The notes beneath the pieces were generated by a model that worked only from the letters and a program-made list of their open reading frames with translations, ran no database searches and had not been told where the DNA came from. Shown in pieces: positions 1 through 13,055 of a stretch of 64,000 nucleotides of DNA (position 1 is the first letter of the stretch; each line of letters opens with the position of its first letter). The stretch spans positions 146,985-210,984 of the forward strand of contig NIVC01000476.1 of NCBI GenBank assembly GCA_002269645.1. The letters run 5' to 3'. Origin of the DNA: Macrostomum lignano. Its lineage: Eukaryota. The position numbers and the translations under genes were made by a program.

Positions 1-99
1 CAAAGCTTTTTTTTCATTATTGTTGTTAGTGCCGTTGTTTATTAGTCACCATTGTTCTTGCTTTTCTATTTTGTTCCATTGTTGTGAGCAATTAATATG

Positions 100-680
100 C
101 ATGAGATACATCATCATGCCGTGAATAATTTGGTGAACACTGTTTATGAGTTGGTGAATGCCGTGAATGAGTTGAGGAATACCATTAATTAGTTAGTGAA
201 TGCTGTGAATGAGTTGGTATATACCATGACTGAGTTGGTGAATACCATGACTGAGTTGGTGAATCCCATGAATGTATTGGTGAATGCCATAAATTAGTTG
301 GTGAATGCCGTGAATGAGTTGGTGAATACTGTGAATAAATCGGTGAATACCATTAATTAGTTAGTGAATGTCGTGAATGAGTTGGTAAATGCCTGAATGA
401 GTTGGTGAATACCATGACTGAGTTGGTGAATATCATGAATGAGTTGGTGAATATCATGAATGAGTTGGTGAATACCATGAATGAGTTAGTGAATGCTGTG
501 AATGAATAGGTGAATACCGTGAATGAGCTAGTGAATACCGTGAATGAGTTCGTTAATACCATGAATGAGTTGGTGAATGCTGTGAATGAATAAGTGAATA
601 CCATGAATGAGCTGGTGAATACCGTGAATGAGTTGCTGAATGCTGTGAATGCAATGTATAAGTTTGTGAATGAGTTGTTG
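100..680. repeat. Degenerate ~21-bp minisatellite (gtgaatgagttggtgaatacc)
   Basis: Tandem units visible directly; explains ORFs 353..604 and 528..752. Confidence 0.9.
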
Positions 681-737
681 ACTAATGATTAGCCAATCAT
701 CTCTCACTCGATAGCTCATTAGCTTCATGTCTGTTAC

Positions 738-1004
738 CATTGATTTCTTCAAGCAACTGGCAGTCTGGAATCCAGTTGCCAGCTGCAGTTCTGTTAGACT
801 GCGCGCCCTGGCTCACAGCGCAGTGGAAATTAAAAATATAAAATAAACCTATTATGCATCATTTGCCGTTGGATTTACGCTACCCAGCGCATTGTGGAAC
901 AACTTTGTCGAAGCAGTCAGCATAATCCAAGATATTTATTATCATTTCTGCCTTGGCTCTGACATGCTTTAAACTGCACTTGTACAGGTGGCATGACCAT
1001 TTTC
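738..1004 (-). CDS. Two probable coding exons (1004-884, 807-738), possibly downstream exons of the orphan gene at 1684-4520
   Basis: AG/GT boundaries with matching phases (tgcag|GAAAATGG...GCTGG|gtagcg; gccag|GGCG...ATG|gtaac) give an open frame KWSCHLYKCSLKHVRAKAEMIINILDYADCFDKVVPQCAG/ARSLTELQLATGFQTASCLKKSM. Linkage to neighbouring exons is unresolved. Confidence 0.4.
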
Positions 1005-1683
1005 CTGCACAGGTATATAAAGGAACCACAGAGATCATAGCTCTCCATTAGCAGTAGTATGTTCCGTATATTTGCAACAGTTTTCAAGATACAAGTATGA
1101 TACTATACTAAAAAAATAGGCATAAATGTAGTTATAGGTGTATACATATATGGAGCTGATTGACAATTTTAATGATAAATTCATGCCAAAGCTTTAGTGT
1201 TTTATACTACTTATATTCGAAAGTAGTATATAAAGCAGAAGGCCATATTTTCGAAGAAGTTAAAAGCTAACAGAAATCCTTCTTCAAAGAGATTTCTCAT
1301 GCAATATAAATTTCGAAATTTGACAAAATAATGTAACCTGAATCTTATTTGTAAGAACTTTTTTATACACACGCGTAGTTAGTTGTTTAAAACAGTCGAT
1401 TTGTCGAAAATATCGGGTACAAAACCTATCGAAAAATTCTTGTAACCTTTTTATCTACCTACCTACCTATCTACATGCACCTACATATAACCTACATGCC
1501 TACTTATCTAAATACATTTTACCTATCTACCTACCTAGGCATCTACCTCCTATACTTTCCCACCAAATTAGAATTCAGTCAAATATAGCATTTGTATATT
1601 TGACCCTACAGCATGGCTGTGGGTATGTTTGAACATTTTTCCTAGCAGCTCCCTGTGGTTGCGTCATCCAATCCACCTCAGCG

Positions 1684-4520
1684 TCACTTTGCGCCCGCAT
1701 CAGCTCCAGAGAGCATCGCCTTCACCGCCTTGTCAATCTTGGCCACCAGTTTCTCCTGCTTGCCAGCTGGCGACTCCGTCTTGGCCCGCAAGAAGTGCAG
1801 CAGCAGCTCCACCAGGGTGTCGGCCTGCTGCTGCCGGCCCTTGACCCGCGCGCAGGCCAGCAGGCTGAGGGTGGCTGGAGGCAGCGGCCGCTTGCTGATC
1901 CCGGCGAAGGCGCAGTCGGGGTCAAAGTAGGTCAGGACGCGGCTCTTGTCCAGCAGCAGCTCCAGGGTCTCCTCCAGGCGGCCGCAGAAATTCGCCCGAA
2001 AATACGCGGTGCCGTCGTCGGATTCAAAGCGGCGCAGCGACTCGCGGACGGAGCCGCAGGCCAGGAAGCTGAGCTGCGAGTCCGGGCGAGCGATCTCACC
2101 TTTGTCCAGGCTGAGCTGCTGGCCCACCTGCAGCAGGAACTTCACGATGCGGACGAGACGGAGCTTCGGATGGTCGGGACCTTCGGCTCCGGACAGCAGG
2201 GCGGCCTGCTCCTCCCTTGAATGGGTGGTTTTTGGGGGACAAAATTGAGATACAGTCGGGGTTAAGTTGGGATAAACTCGGTCATGAGCTCACTCATGAG
2301 CTCACTCATGAACTCACTCATTCACTCACTCCCTCATTCACTCACTCCCCCATTCAATCACTCCCTCATTCACTTACTCACTCACTCACTCACTGACTCA
2401 ATCCACAAACGCACTCATGAACTCACTCATGAACTCACTCATAAACTCACTCATAAACGCACTCATGAACTCACTCATGAACTCACTCTTGAATTCACTC
2501 ATGAACTCACTCATGAACTCACTCATGAAATCACTCATGAACTCACTCATGAACTCACTCATGAACTCACTCATGAACTCACTCATGAACTCACTCATGA
2601 ACTCACTCATGAACTCACTCATAAACTCACTCATGAACTCACTCATAAACTCACTCATGAACTCAGTCATGAACTCAGTCATGAGCTCATACCACAACAA
2701 CATACCTAGCCAGGCACAGCATCCTTGGCTGGCTGAAGCCCAGCAGCAGGTGGCCAAACAATCCGCGGTCCCGGCTGGCCCGAGCAGTTGGCAGGGAGCT
2801 CCGAAGAGCAGCCGCAGGGTGGCCGGCCGCACGCTGCCCGAGCTGGTGTGGCACAGAACTGGCAGAGTCGCCCGCTTCGGCGACCAGACCATCGCAGAGT
2901 CTCCGGCCCCGGCGTTGCAGCTTATGCGGCGACTCGAGTCCGGGCGCACCGGCGACTCAGCCGAGTCTTGCAGCACCGCCGCGGCCGTGTTGGCAACGAT
3001 TCGCTCGACTCCGCACACCAGCGCCTGGTGCACGTTGGTCTCGAATGGCACCCAGCCGGAGGAGGCGGCCGGCCGCAGCACCGTCTGCGAGATGCCGGCC
3101 GTGCCGCAGACGCAGAGCTTGTTGACACGCAGCCAGGCGGGCATGGAGATCACGTAGTCCAGGGTGGGCTGCGCACAGCGAAGGGCCGTCTCCTGAGCCC
3201 AGCTGCCGATCAGGGTGGGGCTGGAGTCCTGCCAGAGAGAAAAAGCAGTGAATCACTTGCTCTGGCGCGATCGGCTCTGGATGACCGCGTCACTCTTAGC
3301 CCCTCCCTGCCCTAATTGATTGCACAGCCACCTCACTCCCCAGCTCCTCCCTGCCCCTCTTAATTTCACAGCCAGCCACCTCACTCCCCAGCTCCTCCCT
3401 GCCCCTCTTAATTTCACAGCCAGCCACCTCACTCCCCAGCTCCTCCCTGCCCCTCTTAATTGCACAACCAGCCGCCTCACTCCCCAGCTCCTCCCTGCCC
3501 CTCTTAATTTCACAGCCAGCCACCTCACTCCCCAGCTCCTCCCTGCCCCTCTTAATTGCACAACCAGCCGCCTCACTCCCCAGCTCCTCCCTTCCCCTCT
3601 TAATTGCACAACCAGCCGCCTCACTCCCCAGCTCCTCCCTTCCCCTCTTAATTGCACAGCCAGCCACCTCACTCCCCAGCTCCTCCCTGCCCCTCTTAAT
3701 TGCACGGCCAGCCACCTCACTCCCCAGCTCCTCCCTGCCCCTCTTAATTGCACAACCAGCCGCCTCACTCCCCAGCTCCTCCCTGCCCCTCTTAATTGCA
3801 CGGCCAGCCACCTCACTCCCCAGCTCCTCCCTGCCCCTCTTAATTGCACGGCCAGCCACCTCACTCCCCAGCTCCTCCCTGCCCCTCTTTACTACACAGC
3901 CATCTCACATCTCACTCATCACAGAGAACAGATAACAGACACAGTCGGCCAACCTTGAACAGCAAGGGCATCATCGGCGCCAGGTGATTGGCGCACAGTG
4001 TGTGCAGAAACTCGGTTGTCAAGTTGATCATCTCGTAGGCTTCGTCGCTGGCGTCGAACCCGAGCTCGCCCTCGCCTCCGGCCAAGTCATGCAGCCGCTG
4101 CACAATCGGCGTCATCGGGTTGAAGGCCATCGCCAGCAGGCGGCCCTGCTCACGACTGTTCAGAGTCGGGCCTTCGGCAGTCCCCGCCGCTGCCAGCTGC
4201 TGCTGGCCGGAGAGCAGCGGGCCGAGGTTCCAGTGCAGGCAGCCGTCATCTTCAGGCTGGCAGTTGGCGCAGAGCCGGCGCCCGACGCCCGGCTGGCTGA
4301 ACCGCAGCAGCGCCGCGTGGCTTCGTGCCGCCTGCCTGACCGCATCGCCTTGAATTGCCGCCTCCTCCGCCTCCTCCTCGGGAGCAGCCGCCGCTTCTCT
4401 CTCTTCGTTCGGGCCACCGTTGGACGCCTGCAGGCGCTGCTTGAACGAGCTGGCCTCCTCTTTGATCTTGCCGACCAGCTTCGACATCTTCGTCGGCTGC
4501 CGCTGTTGCTGCATTTTCAA
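1684..4520 (-). CDS. Spliced orphan protein gene; exons 4520-3954, 3228-2706, 2215-~1688; one apparent -1 frameshift near 2790
   Basis: High-GC3 coding blocks with canonical donors and acceptors (TTCAAG|gttggc; ttttctctctggcag|GAC; GCTAG|gtatg; cattcaag|GGAG). Exon 2 is 523 nt, but exon 3 needs phase 2; codon bias switches frame near 2790. No family recognised. Confidence 0.7.
2282..2690. repeat. 12-bp intronic minisatellite (actcatgaactc)
   Basis: Direct tandem repeats in the intron of the orphan gene. Confidence 0.95.
3322..3890. repeat. 39-bp intronic minisatellite
   Basis: About 14 copies of gccacctcactccccagctcctccctgcccctcttaattgcaca-like units. Confidence 0.95.
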
Positions 4521-4954
4521 TTCTGCCGTTCTGCGGTTTCCGTTTTCCTTCTCTCTCTCTTTCTTGGCCTGTTTTCATGCCGCACCCCTCACTGCTTTTA
4601 TATTTCTTCTTATCGAGCCAGCGGCCTGTTCTGCACGCGATCTTCTTCTCTTCCATTTCTGCCCCCCGCCCCCACCCCGGCTAAGTACACAAGAGAGCCT
4701 GAATTCAATCTAGTGCCTTCACTCGTCCGAAGGCGTGCGTGACCAAGCCTTAAAACCCTCTATGTAGCTGCTTTTTGGGGGGGGTGCAGCAGTGTTTCTG
4801 CTGTGTTCTCACTGCGGTGCCCTGCCATGCGCAGGGGGCGGGAATGAAGCATTGGTGCAGCAATGAATACCATCGGAAGATTCTATTCTGCTGTGAGATT
4901 TATAAATAGCTATTGTGACTACAAATTTATTAATTTGTACGAGTCCATGGCATC

Positions 4955-5580
4955 TCTACATGATCCATGGCATCTCTACATGAGCCATGGCATCTCTACA
5001 TGAGCCATGGCATCTCTACATGAGCCATGGCATCTCTACATGAGCCATGACATCTCAGCAACACCCCATTAAGCCATGACATCTCAGCAACACCCCATTA
5101 AGCCATGACATCTCTACATGAGCCATGACATCTCAGCAACACCCCATTGAGCCATGACATCTCTACATGAGCCATGACATCTCAGCAACACCCCATTGAG
5201 CAATGGCATCTCTACATGAGCCATGACATCTCAGCAACACCCCATTGAGCCATGGCATCTCTACATGAGCCATGACATCTCAGCAACACCCCATTGAGCC
5301 ATGACATCTCTACATGAGCCATGACATCTCAGCAACACCCCATTAAGCCATGACATCTCTACATGAGCCATGGCATCTCGGCAACACCCCATTGAGCCAT
5401 GACATCTCTACATGAGCCATGGCATCTCGGCAACACCCCATCGAGCCATGACATCTCTACATGAGCCATGGCATCTCTACATGAGCCATGGCATCTCTAC
5501 ATGAGCCATGGCATCTCTACATGAGCCATGGCATCTCAGCAACACCCCATTGAGCCATGACATCCCAGCAACTCCCCATG
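4955..5580. repeat. Composite 19-bp-based minisatellite (gagccatggcatctctacat and variant)
   Basis: Tandem units between the divergently oriented orphan and innexin genes. Confidence 0.9.
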
Positions 5581-5865
5581 CGCTAAAATGTTATTCAACC
5601 AAATACCAAAAAGTATCTTTTTCGAGTGCGTTTCCAGTTGATCGGCTACTTACTAAATAAGCCTCAGTATGTGCAAACCAACTGTGAACTGAAGCAGTCC
5701 AAGATTTTGTTACTTTGCCACAGGGTTTTTTCACCTCTTTCCTGTTGTTTGCACAACTCATAAGTTGCTACGTGACCACCGCACGGCGCTGAATAAGTTT
5801 TAGTCTCGGTGGCTCGAGTTTTCCTAGGCTGCTCAACAAACAAGACTTGGAAGCTTTGAAGAAAG

Positions 5866-8800
5866 ATGAAGGTGTTCGAATTTTTTGAGTATATTCGCAC
5901 ATTTGGCCTTCTATCGTCGGTCGGGCTGCTTGACTTCGACGATCGGGTCACCTTCCTGCTCAGCGCCATCGTGCTGCTGGTGTGCAGTCTGGTGATCGGC
6001 GCCAAGGAGTACTTCACCAAGTCCATATCCTGCATGCTGCTGCACAAGTTCATCACCCCATTCACCATGATGGACGCGCAGATGATCGAGAGCTACTGCT
6101 GGGTGACCGGAGTTTATCCGCTGCGCATGACCGAGCCGCTGCCGGATGTCAGCGACGAGTGGCTGCTCAAGCATCCAACCATTATTCGTGAGTTGACCGC
6201 CTGGGAGAGGAGGCTGGGGATTGAGTAGAGAAGAGAAGAGGAGAGGAGAAGAGAAGAGAGGAGAGGAGAGGAGAAGAGAGGAAATTAGAGAGGAGAGAAG
6301 ATGAGAGGAGAGGATAGGAGAGGAGAGGAGAGGAGAGGAGAGGAGAGGAGAGGAGAGGAGAGGAGAGGAGAGGAGAGGAGAGGAGAGGAGAGGAGAGGAG
6401 AGGAGAGGAGAGGAGAGGAGAGGAGAGGAGAGGAGATGAGATGAGAGGAGAGGAGAGGAGAGGAGAGGAGAGGAGAGGAGATGAGAGAAGAGCAGAGGAG
6501 AGGAGAGGAGAGGAGAGGAGAGGAGAGTGTTTGGGGACTGACGCGGAGTACTTGCGCTCGGTCGCCGACAGAGTCCTCGACGCGAAAGCAACTGGCTTGC
6601 GAACGCCAGCGCTGTCTTCTTGCATCAACACGGCACCCAGAGCGTGCGCAGAGCTGTCGCAGGCCACGATTATCTTGTCGTCGGGACAGAAGAATCGCAG
6701 GCACGTTGGAGACACTACCATTTTCTTAAGCCTCCAAAAGGCCTTCTGGCAGTCCGCTGTCCAGTTCCAAGGCTGGTCCTTGCGAAGTAGCTGCAGCAGC
6801 GGCTCGGCGATGTCGGATAGGTTGTGTAGGAAGTTCGAGCAAAACTTTACCATTCCGAGAAATGAGGCCACCGCCTCGGTGTTCCGAGGCTCCGGCACCG
6901 CTTCGATGGCTTCCACATTGGACTGCATCGGCTGAAGGCCTCTCGCCGAGACGATGTAGCCCAGAAACTGCATGGACTCTGCAGCCCACTGGCACTTGGC
7001 GGTGTTAAGCGTTCCGCCATGGGCGAGCAGCCGGTCCAGCACTGCCGTGAGCCGCCGCCGGTGCTCCGTCTCGTTGGCAGCATGCACCACGATATCATCA
7101 ATGTAGTGCAGCGTCCCCAAACAGCCGTGGAGAATCTTACTGAGCACCTTCTGAAAGGCTGCTGGAGCGCTGTTAAGGCCGTAGCAGACGCGCTTGTACC
7201 GGTACAGGCCTTTCTCCGTGATGAAGGCCGTTAGGTCCCGCCGGTCTTCCGCCAGTTCCAGTTGCAGGTACGACGAGTTCAAATCGAGCTTAGTGAACAC
7301 GGTCGAGCCCTTGAACTCCGTCGTCAGCTCCTCGAAAGTTGGCAGCAGCTGCTTATCCGGCACTATAGCCTTGTTTGGACACCTGAGGTCGTTGCAGATT
7401 CTGATTTTACCTTCGGGCTTCGGGACGATCACCAGGTTCGAAATCCACTCGGAAGCTTGGATCTCCTCGACGATGTCGTCTGCCAACAGCTGGTCGATCT
7501 CCGCCTGGACCTTGTCCTTAATGCTGAGTGGAATACGGCGGAGCGGCTGCGCTACCGGAGTCACGGCCGGGTTCAGCCTGGGCCGGTGCTCGAATCCTCG
7601 GATCCGCCCGAGCCCCTGCGCCAGAGGCTTGAAGCGCTCGGGAAGCCAGGTCGGCAGCTCTGCTGTTTTATCGACTGTGCGCACCAGGTCGCCGTCCCTG
7701 TCCACCACCTGGAAGTTGAGGTGCTGCATCAAGTCCGCGCCCATGATATCGGAGCCTTGTTGCACCACGGTGAAGCAGAAAAACGGCACCTGCTGGTCTC
7801 GGTAGTTGACGGAAAGCACTGCCTCGCCCACTACACTGATCGCCTCGCCGTTGTACGCGATTAGCTTCTTGGTCGACGACTGCAGTGGCACCCGGTTTCC
7901 GAGCTTTCTGAAGGTCTTTTCCGACAGGATGGACACCTTGGCTCCAGAGTCCACGAGCAGATTCAGCCAGGTGCCTTGCACCTTCAGCCGGCAGCGGATG
8001 TCGGCGCTGGCAGCACCGCGAACTGTGTACACGGCGTGGTCGCTATCGTCCACGACCTCGGCGACCTTGGCTCCCTGCGACCGGCAAACCCGGCCGAAAT
8101 GGTTCGCCCGACCGCAGATGTGGCACATCTTGCCTTCAGCTGGACAGCGAGTTCGGCTGGTGTGTCCGCCTCCGCACTTCGAGCAGCGCTCGCGATCCGC
8201 TGATCGCCTCTGACCTCCGTTTTTCCTGTCAGCTTGCAGTCGGACTCTCTTCACCTCTTCTCCCAGCTGGGCTCCGGAAGCAGCTGCGCCTCCCATCTCG
8301 ATCACGCCGGCCTCGGCGATGCTGGTCTCCCACTGCTGGCTCAGAGTCACGGCCTTCTGCAGGGTCAGACCGTCCTCAATCAGCAGGCGCTTTCGAATTC
8401 GCCTGTCGCTGACCTTCTCCACGATCTGGTCCCGAATCATTTCTTCCATCATGTCGCGGAACTCACATGAGCCAGCTAGAGCATACAGGGCCGCCACAAA
8501 GTCCGCAATCTTTTCACCGGGACGCTGACTGCGCTGCCGAAACTTGTGGCGCTCGGCCACCACGTTGACTTTGACCCCGAACTGCTCGTCCAGAATCGCG
8601 ATTGTCGCAGCGAATCCTGTCGGAGCCGGAGTCCTCGTTGCCGCCACAGCCGTGAAGACTCGCTGGCCTTCAGCGCCCAGGCAGTGCAGCAGCAGCGCAC
8701 GCCTCCTCGCCTCCGGCAGAGTGTCATAACCGGCCGCCAGCAGGTAATTGTCAAACAGAGACTTCCACTCTTTCCACGGCCTCGTCGGTCGGCCTGGCAG

Positions 8801-11800
8801 CGGCAGGAATTGATCTGGCGGCGATACGCTGATCCGCGGCGCTTCTGTTGAGGAATTGTCGCTTGCCATTTTAGTTTGCACTTTTGCAGTTTGGTGCTGT
8901 TGTAGCAACTTGTGTTGGCTTGGCGTGTGTTTTGCAGACACTTCACTCAGACTGACTCCAACCCCGGCTAATTGGGGTGGGTGTTGGTTTTAGCTTGCGA
9001 CGCCAATGTTGTATAATGAATAAGCCAGCCAGTCTGCAAGTTTGTAGGCGAAACTCTCAAGCTCTCAAACTCACCGCGCTCTCACTTATATATCATATAT
9101 TGAAATGCGATCGATAGCTAACAGATGTACAACGAACGTACACACAACTACACACACATTGAGTAGCAACACAACAGAGAGGAGAGGAGAGGAGAGGAGA
9201 GGAGAGGAGAGGAGAGGAGAGGAGAGGAGAGGAGAGGAGAGGAGAGGAGAGGAGAGGAGAGGAGAGGAGATGAGAGGAGAGGAGAGGAGAGGAGAGGAGA
9301 GGAGAGGAGAGGAGAGGAGAGGAGAGAGAGGAGAGGAGAGGAGAGGAGAGCAGATGAGAGGAGAGGAGAGGAGAGGAGAGGAGAGGAGAGGAGAGGAGAG
9401 GAGAGGAGAGCAAAGCAGAGGAGAGCAAAGCAGAGGAGAGCAAAGCAAAGGAGAGCAAAGCAGAGGAGAGCAAAGCAGAGGAGACCAGGGTTCATACCAG
9501 TCTGCACAGAGCGCACTGCTAGACTAGTGATATATGTAAAATCAGGTAAACTAACCCAATAAACAGCCGCCGCACTTCCGACTTCACCAACCGATCCCTC
9601 CGCAGGTTATTACCTGTGGGTGCCGCTGCTACTTGCGCTGCAGGCTCTGCTGTGCTACCTGCCGAAAGCGCTGTTTGATTTGATCTGCTTCAGCCGCTCA
9701 GCCTACTGCTTGAGCTTCATCGCTGTCTCCGCCCGGGAGGCGTCGCTGCTGTCGCCAGCCAGACGGGCGGAGAGAGTCGACGAGCTGGCGACTTGCCTGG
9801 CCGACCTGCTAGTGGCGTCGCGGGAGTACCGGCAAGGCCGGGCGGTCAAGTGGGCCACCGCGGTGCACCGCTGCCTTCCGTGGTGCCCCATCAGCAAGAG
9901 ATTCGGTAATTACACCTTTGTGATGTACCTGGTAACTAAACTGGCGGGCCTGGCTGTCTTGCTGTTGCAGCTGGAGCTGATGAGGCAGTTTCTCGGCTTC
10001 CAGTCTTTGTCGTATGGCGCCGAACTGATGCGAAATATCACTATGGGACTGGACTGGGAGATCACCATGGTGCTTCCCAGGTAAGCACTACTCTATGCCC
10101 AGTGTGTGCGTGTGCATGTGTGTTTGAGTGAGTGAGTTATTGAGTGAGTGAGTGAGTTATTGAGTGAGTGAGTGAGTGAGTGAGTGAGTGAGTGAGTGAG
10201 TGAGTGAGTGAGTGAGTGAGTGAGTGAGTGAGTGAGTGAGTGAGTGAGTGATTGAGTGAGTGAGTGAGTGAGTGAGTGAGTGAGTGAGTGAGTGAGTGAG
10301 TGAGTGAGTGAGTGAGTGAGTGAGTGAGTGAGTGAGTGAGTGGTTGAGTGAGTGAGTGAGTGGGTGAGTGAGTGAGTGAGTGAGTGAGTGAGTGATTGAG
10401 TGAGTGAGTGAGTGAGTGAGTGAGTGAGTGAGTGAGTGAGTGAGTGAGTGAGTGAGTGAGTGAGTGAGTGGTTGAGTGAGTGAGTGAGTGAGTGAGTGAG
10501 TGAGTGAGTGAGTGAGTGAGTGAGTGAGTGAGTGAGTGAGTGAGTGATTGAGTGAGTGAGTGAGTGAGTGAGTGAGTGAGTGAGTGAGTGAGTGAGTGAG
10601 TGAGTGAGTGAGTGAGTGAGTGTGTGTGTGTTTTAGTCTGTGCGCTAGTTGATGTGTGTCTTTGTGCAATGTCTGTTCGAGCTCATATCCCATTTTTACT
10701 GAAAAAATGACCTGCATATACCTGGTGTATTTTCTAATTAAAAAAAGACATTAATTCCAGGCTCGGCGCATGCCGCTTCTCTTTCCCCGACCGAACCAGC
10801 GTGATCAGCATCACTCCCTACTGCACCATCAGCTCCAACATTTTCACCGAGAAGGTGTACATCATCCTGTGGTTCTACTTTGTCCTGGCTGCCATTGTTA
10901 ACTCAGCCAGCATACTGCTCTGGCTTAGAAGATTTCTACTCACCCGAAGCAGGTGCCAGTGTCTCAGATCGCTGATCAGAGGCTGCGGATGCCCCAGAAC
11001 CGATCAAGACGAGGTTCGTTTATGAGTATTTAATTGACTGAGCTCATTATCGCCTGAAGTGTTCGCCGGGTTTTTATTGCCTCCTATCTAGATGTACAAT
11101 TGCACACTCGATGGCAATCACGTGACTCTGCTGGTAAACAATGTACAGTCTCTCTCGTCTTCCTTCAGTACACTATCGGATCACGTGATTTCTCAGCCTA
11201 TGCACATCTCCGCTTTGTGTTCAACTGTACAGGCTGGAACATCACGTGATTTAGTATTGAGTGCGGTCGCACGCTCTTAATGATCACGTGATTATACGTT
11301 TACTGAAGCCTCTCGTCACCCACTTAAAGAATTTAAAGTGTAGACTGTTATATACATACCATCTATATCTTATTAAGTATCACTGCAGTCTTACTACAGT
11401 TTCTAGAGTACAGGATACTTGAGTACATAATATTTAATTTGAGTACAGAAGATTTACATTGAGTACAGATGATTTACATTGAGTACAGAAGATTTACATT
11501 GAGTGCAGATGATTTACATTGAGTACAGATGATTTACATTGAGTACAGATGATTTACATTGAGTATAGATGATTCCCATTGAGTACAGATAATTCCCGTT
11601 GAGTACAGATAATTCCCATTGAGTACAGATGATTCCCATTGAGTACAGAAGATTTACATTGAGTATAGATGATTCCCATTTAGTACAGATGATTCCCATT
11701 GAGTACAGATGATTCCCATTGAGTACAGATGATTCCCATTGAGTACAAATGATTTACATTGAGTACAGAAGATTCCCATCGAGTACAGAAGATTCCCATT

Positions 11801-12363
11801 GAGTACAGAAGATTCCCATTGAGTACAGAAGATTCCCATTGAGTACAGAAGATTCCCATTGAGTACAGAAGATTCCCATTGAGTACAGAAGATTCCCATT
11901 GAGTACAGATGATTTACATTGAGTACAGAAGATTCCCATCGAGTACAGAAGATTCCCATTGAGTACAGAAGATTCCCATTGAGTACAGAAGATTCCCATT
12001 GAGTACAGAAGATTCCCATTAAGTACAGAAGATTTACATTGAGTACAGATGATTTACATTGAGTACAGAAGATTTACATTGAATGCAGAAGATTTAAGTT
12101 GAGTAGATTTCCACAGAGCCCCCAACCACGAATTGCAGACTTGGCTGGAGCGGTTCGAGTTTGAGTTCATCCGCATTGACGGGCTGTTTTTTCTGTGGAT
12201 GATCCGCCTGAACTGCGGCCACATTGTCACTGGCGAAATTGTGCGCAACATTTTCTGTGATTTTGTGCGCAAGATGGAGCGCAGCGGCGGCAGCGGTGGG
12301 GCGCGAGGAGCGGAAGCTTCACTTACTGACTCTACAGTTGCTACAGAGCAATATCACCTGTGA
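5866..12363 (+). CDS. Innexin (gap junction/pannexin family); exons 5866-6187, 9606-10080, 10761-11013, 12139-12363
   Basis: Spliced product has innexin hallmarks: DFDDR before TM1, SISC, ESYCWV, RYYLWVP (cf. YYQWV), MVLPR then C, YCTISSNIFTEKVYIILWFY, and FIRIDGLFFLWMIRLNCG. Splice phases match (c|gtgagt...cgcag|GT; ccAG|gtaagc...ccag|G; GAG|gttcgt...ttgcag|ACT). Confidence 0.92.
6226..6526. repeat. (GAGGA)n microsatellite, left flank of the retroelement
   Basis: Pure pentamer run in innexin intron 1. Confidence 0.97.
6541..9176 (-). mobile_element. 3'-truncated Ty3/gypsy LTR retrotransposon (possibly Mag-like) with fused gag-pol
   Basis: One ORF from ATG 8869: gag with CCHC knuckles (CSKCGGGHTSRTRC; CHICGRANHFGRVC), protease LVDSGA, RT (LDLNSSYLQ, YGL, YIDD), RNase H start (ACDSSAHALGAVL...FASRTLSATERKYS). 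It then breaks off with no integrase and no 3' LTR. PR-RT-RH order is seen. Confidence 0.93.
9007..9176 (-). repeat. 170-bp 5' LTR, followed by a primer-binding site
   Basis: Minus strand starts TGTTGT and ends ACAACA (inverted termini), contains TATATAAG, and is followed after 1 nt by TGGCGTCGC (PBS-like, 9005 downward). Confidence 0.8.
9177..9483. repeat. (GAGGA)n microsatellite, right flank of the retroelement
   Basis: Begins immediately after the LTR terminus, same orientation as the left flank. Confidence 0.95.
10125..10620. repeat. (GAGT)n microsatellite in innexin intron 2
   Basis: Seen directly. Confidence 0.97.
11437..12090. repeat. 20-bp minisatellite (gagtacagaagattcccatt) in innexin intron 3
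   Basis: Seen directly. Confidence 0.95.
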
Positions 12364-12576
12364 ACTCTGCTGCTGTCACAGCTCTTTTTGTGTCTCATTT
12401 TCTAACACGCTTGTCTCCAATATTCTATCATGAACTTTTACATTTTTGTACGATCGAAGCGCTACAAACCGAATGTCTCACTTTCCGGAATTAACTAATT
12501 CTAGCCAGTATGTGATTTTTCTAACTCTTGAAAGTTGAGAAATGATTTCTGAGTTGAATTCAGATGCCAGGCAACA

Positions 12577-13055
12577 GTGGCTTTAGCACCAGGGGCTTTA
12601 GCACCAGGGGCTTTAGCACCAGGGGCTTTAGCACCAAGTGGCTTTAGCACCAGGGGCTTTAGCACCAAGTGGCTTTAGCACCAGGGGCTTTAGCACCAAG
12701 TGGCTTTAGCACCAGGGGCTTTAGCACCAGGGGCTTTAGCACCAGGGGCTTTAGCACCAAGTGGCTTTAGCACCAGGGGCTTTAGCACCAAGGGGCTTTA
12801 GCACCAGGGGCTTTAGCACCAGGGGCTTTAGCACCAGGGGCTTTAGCACCAGGGGCTTTAGCACCAAGTGGCTTTAGCACCAAGTGGCTTTAGCACCAGG
12901 GGCTTTAGCACCAAGTGGCTTTAGCACCAGGGGCTTTAGCACCAGGGGCTTTAGCACCAGGGGCTTTAGCACCAGGGGCTTTAGCACCAGGGGCTTTAGC
13001 ACCAGGGGCTTAAGCACCAGGGGCTTTAGCACCAGGGGCTTTAGCACCAGGGGCG
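12577..13055. repeat. 14/15-bp minisatellite (ggctttagcaccagg)
   Basis: Seen directly. Confidence 0.95.

Noticed and set aside
1795-4742. Plus-strand ORFs overlapping the orphan gene, and other antisense ORFs over GC-rich exons (e.g. 7194..7864, 28757..29185, 53864..54310)
   Set aside because: Shadow ORFs caused by high GC3 on the coding strand.
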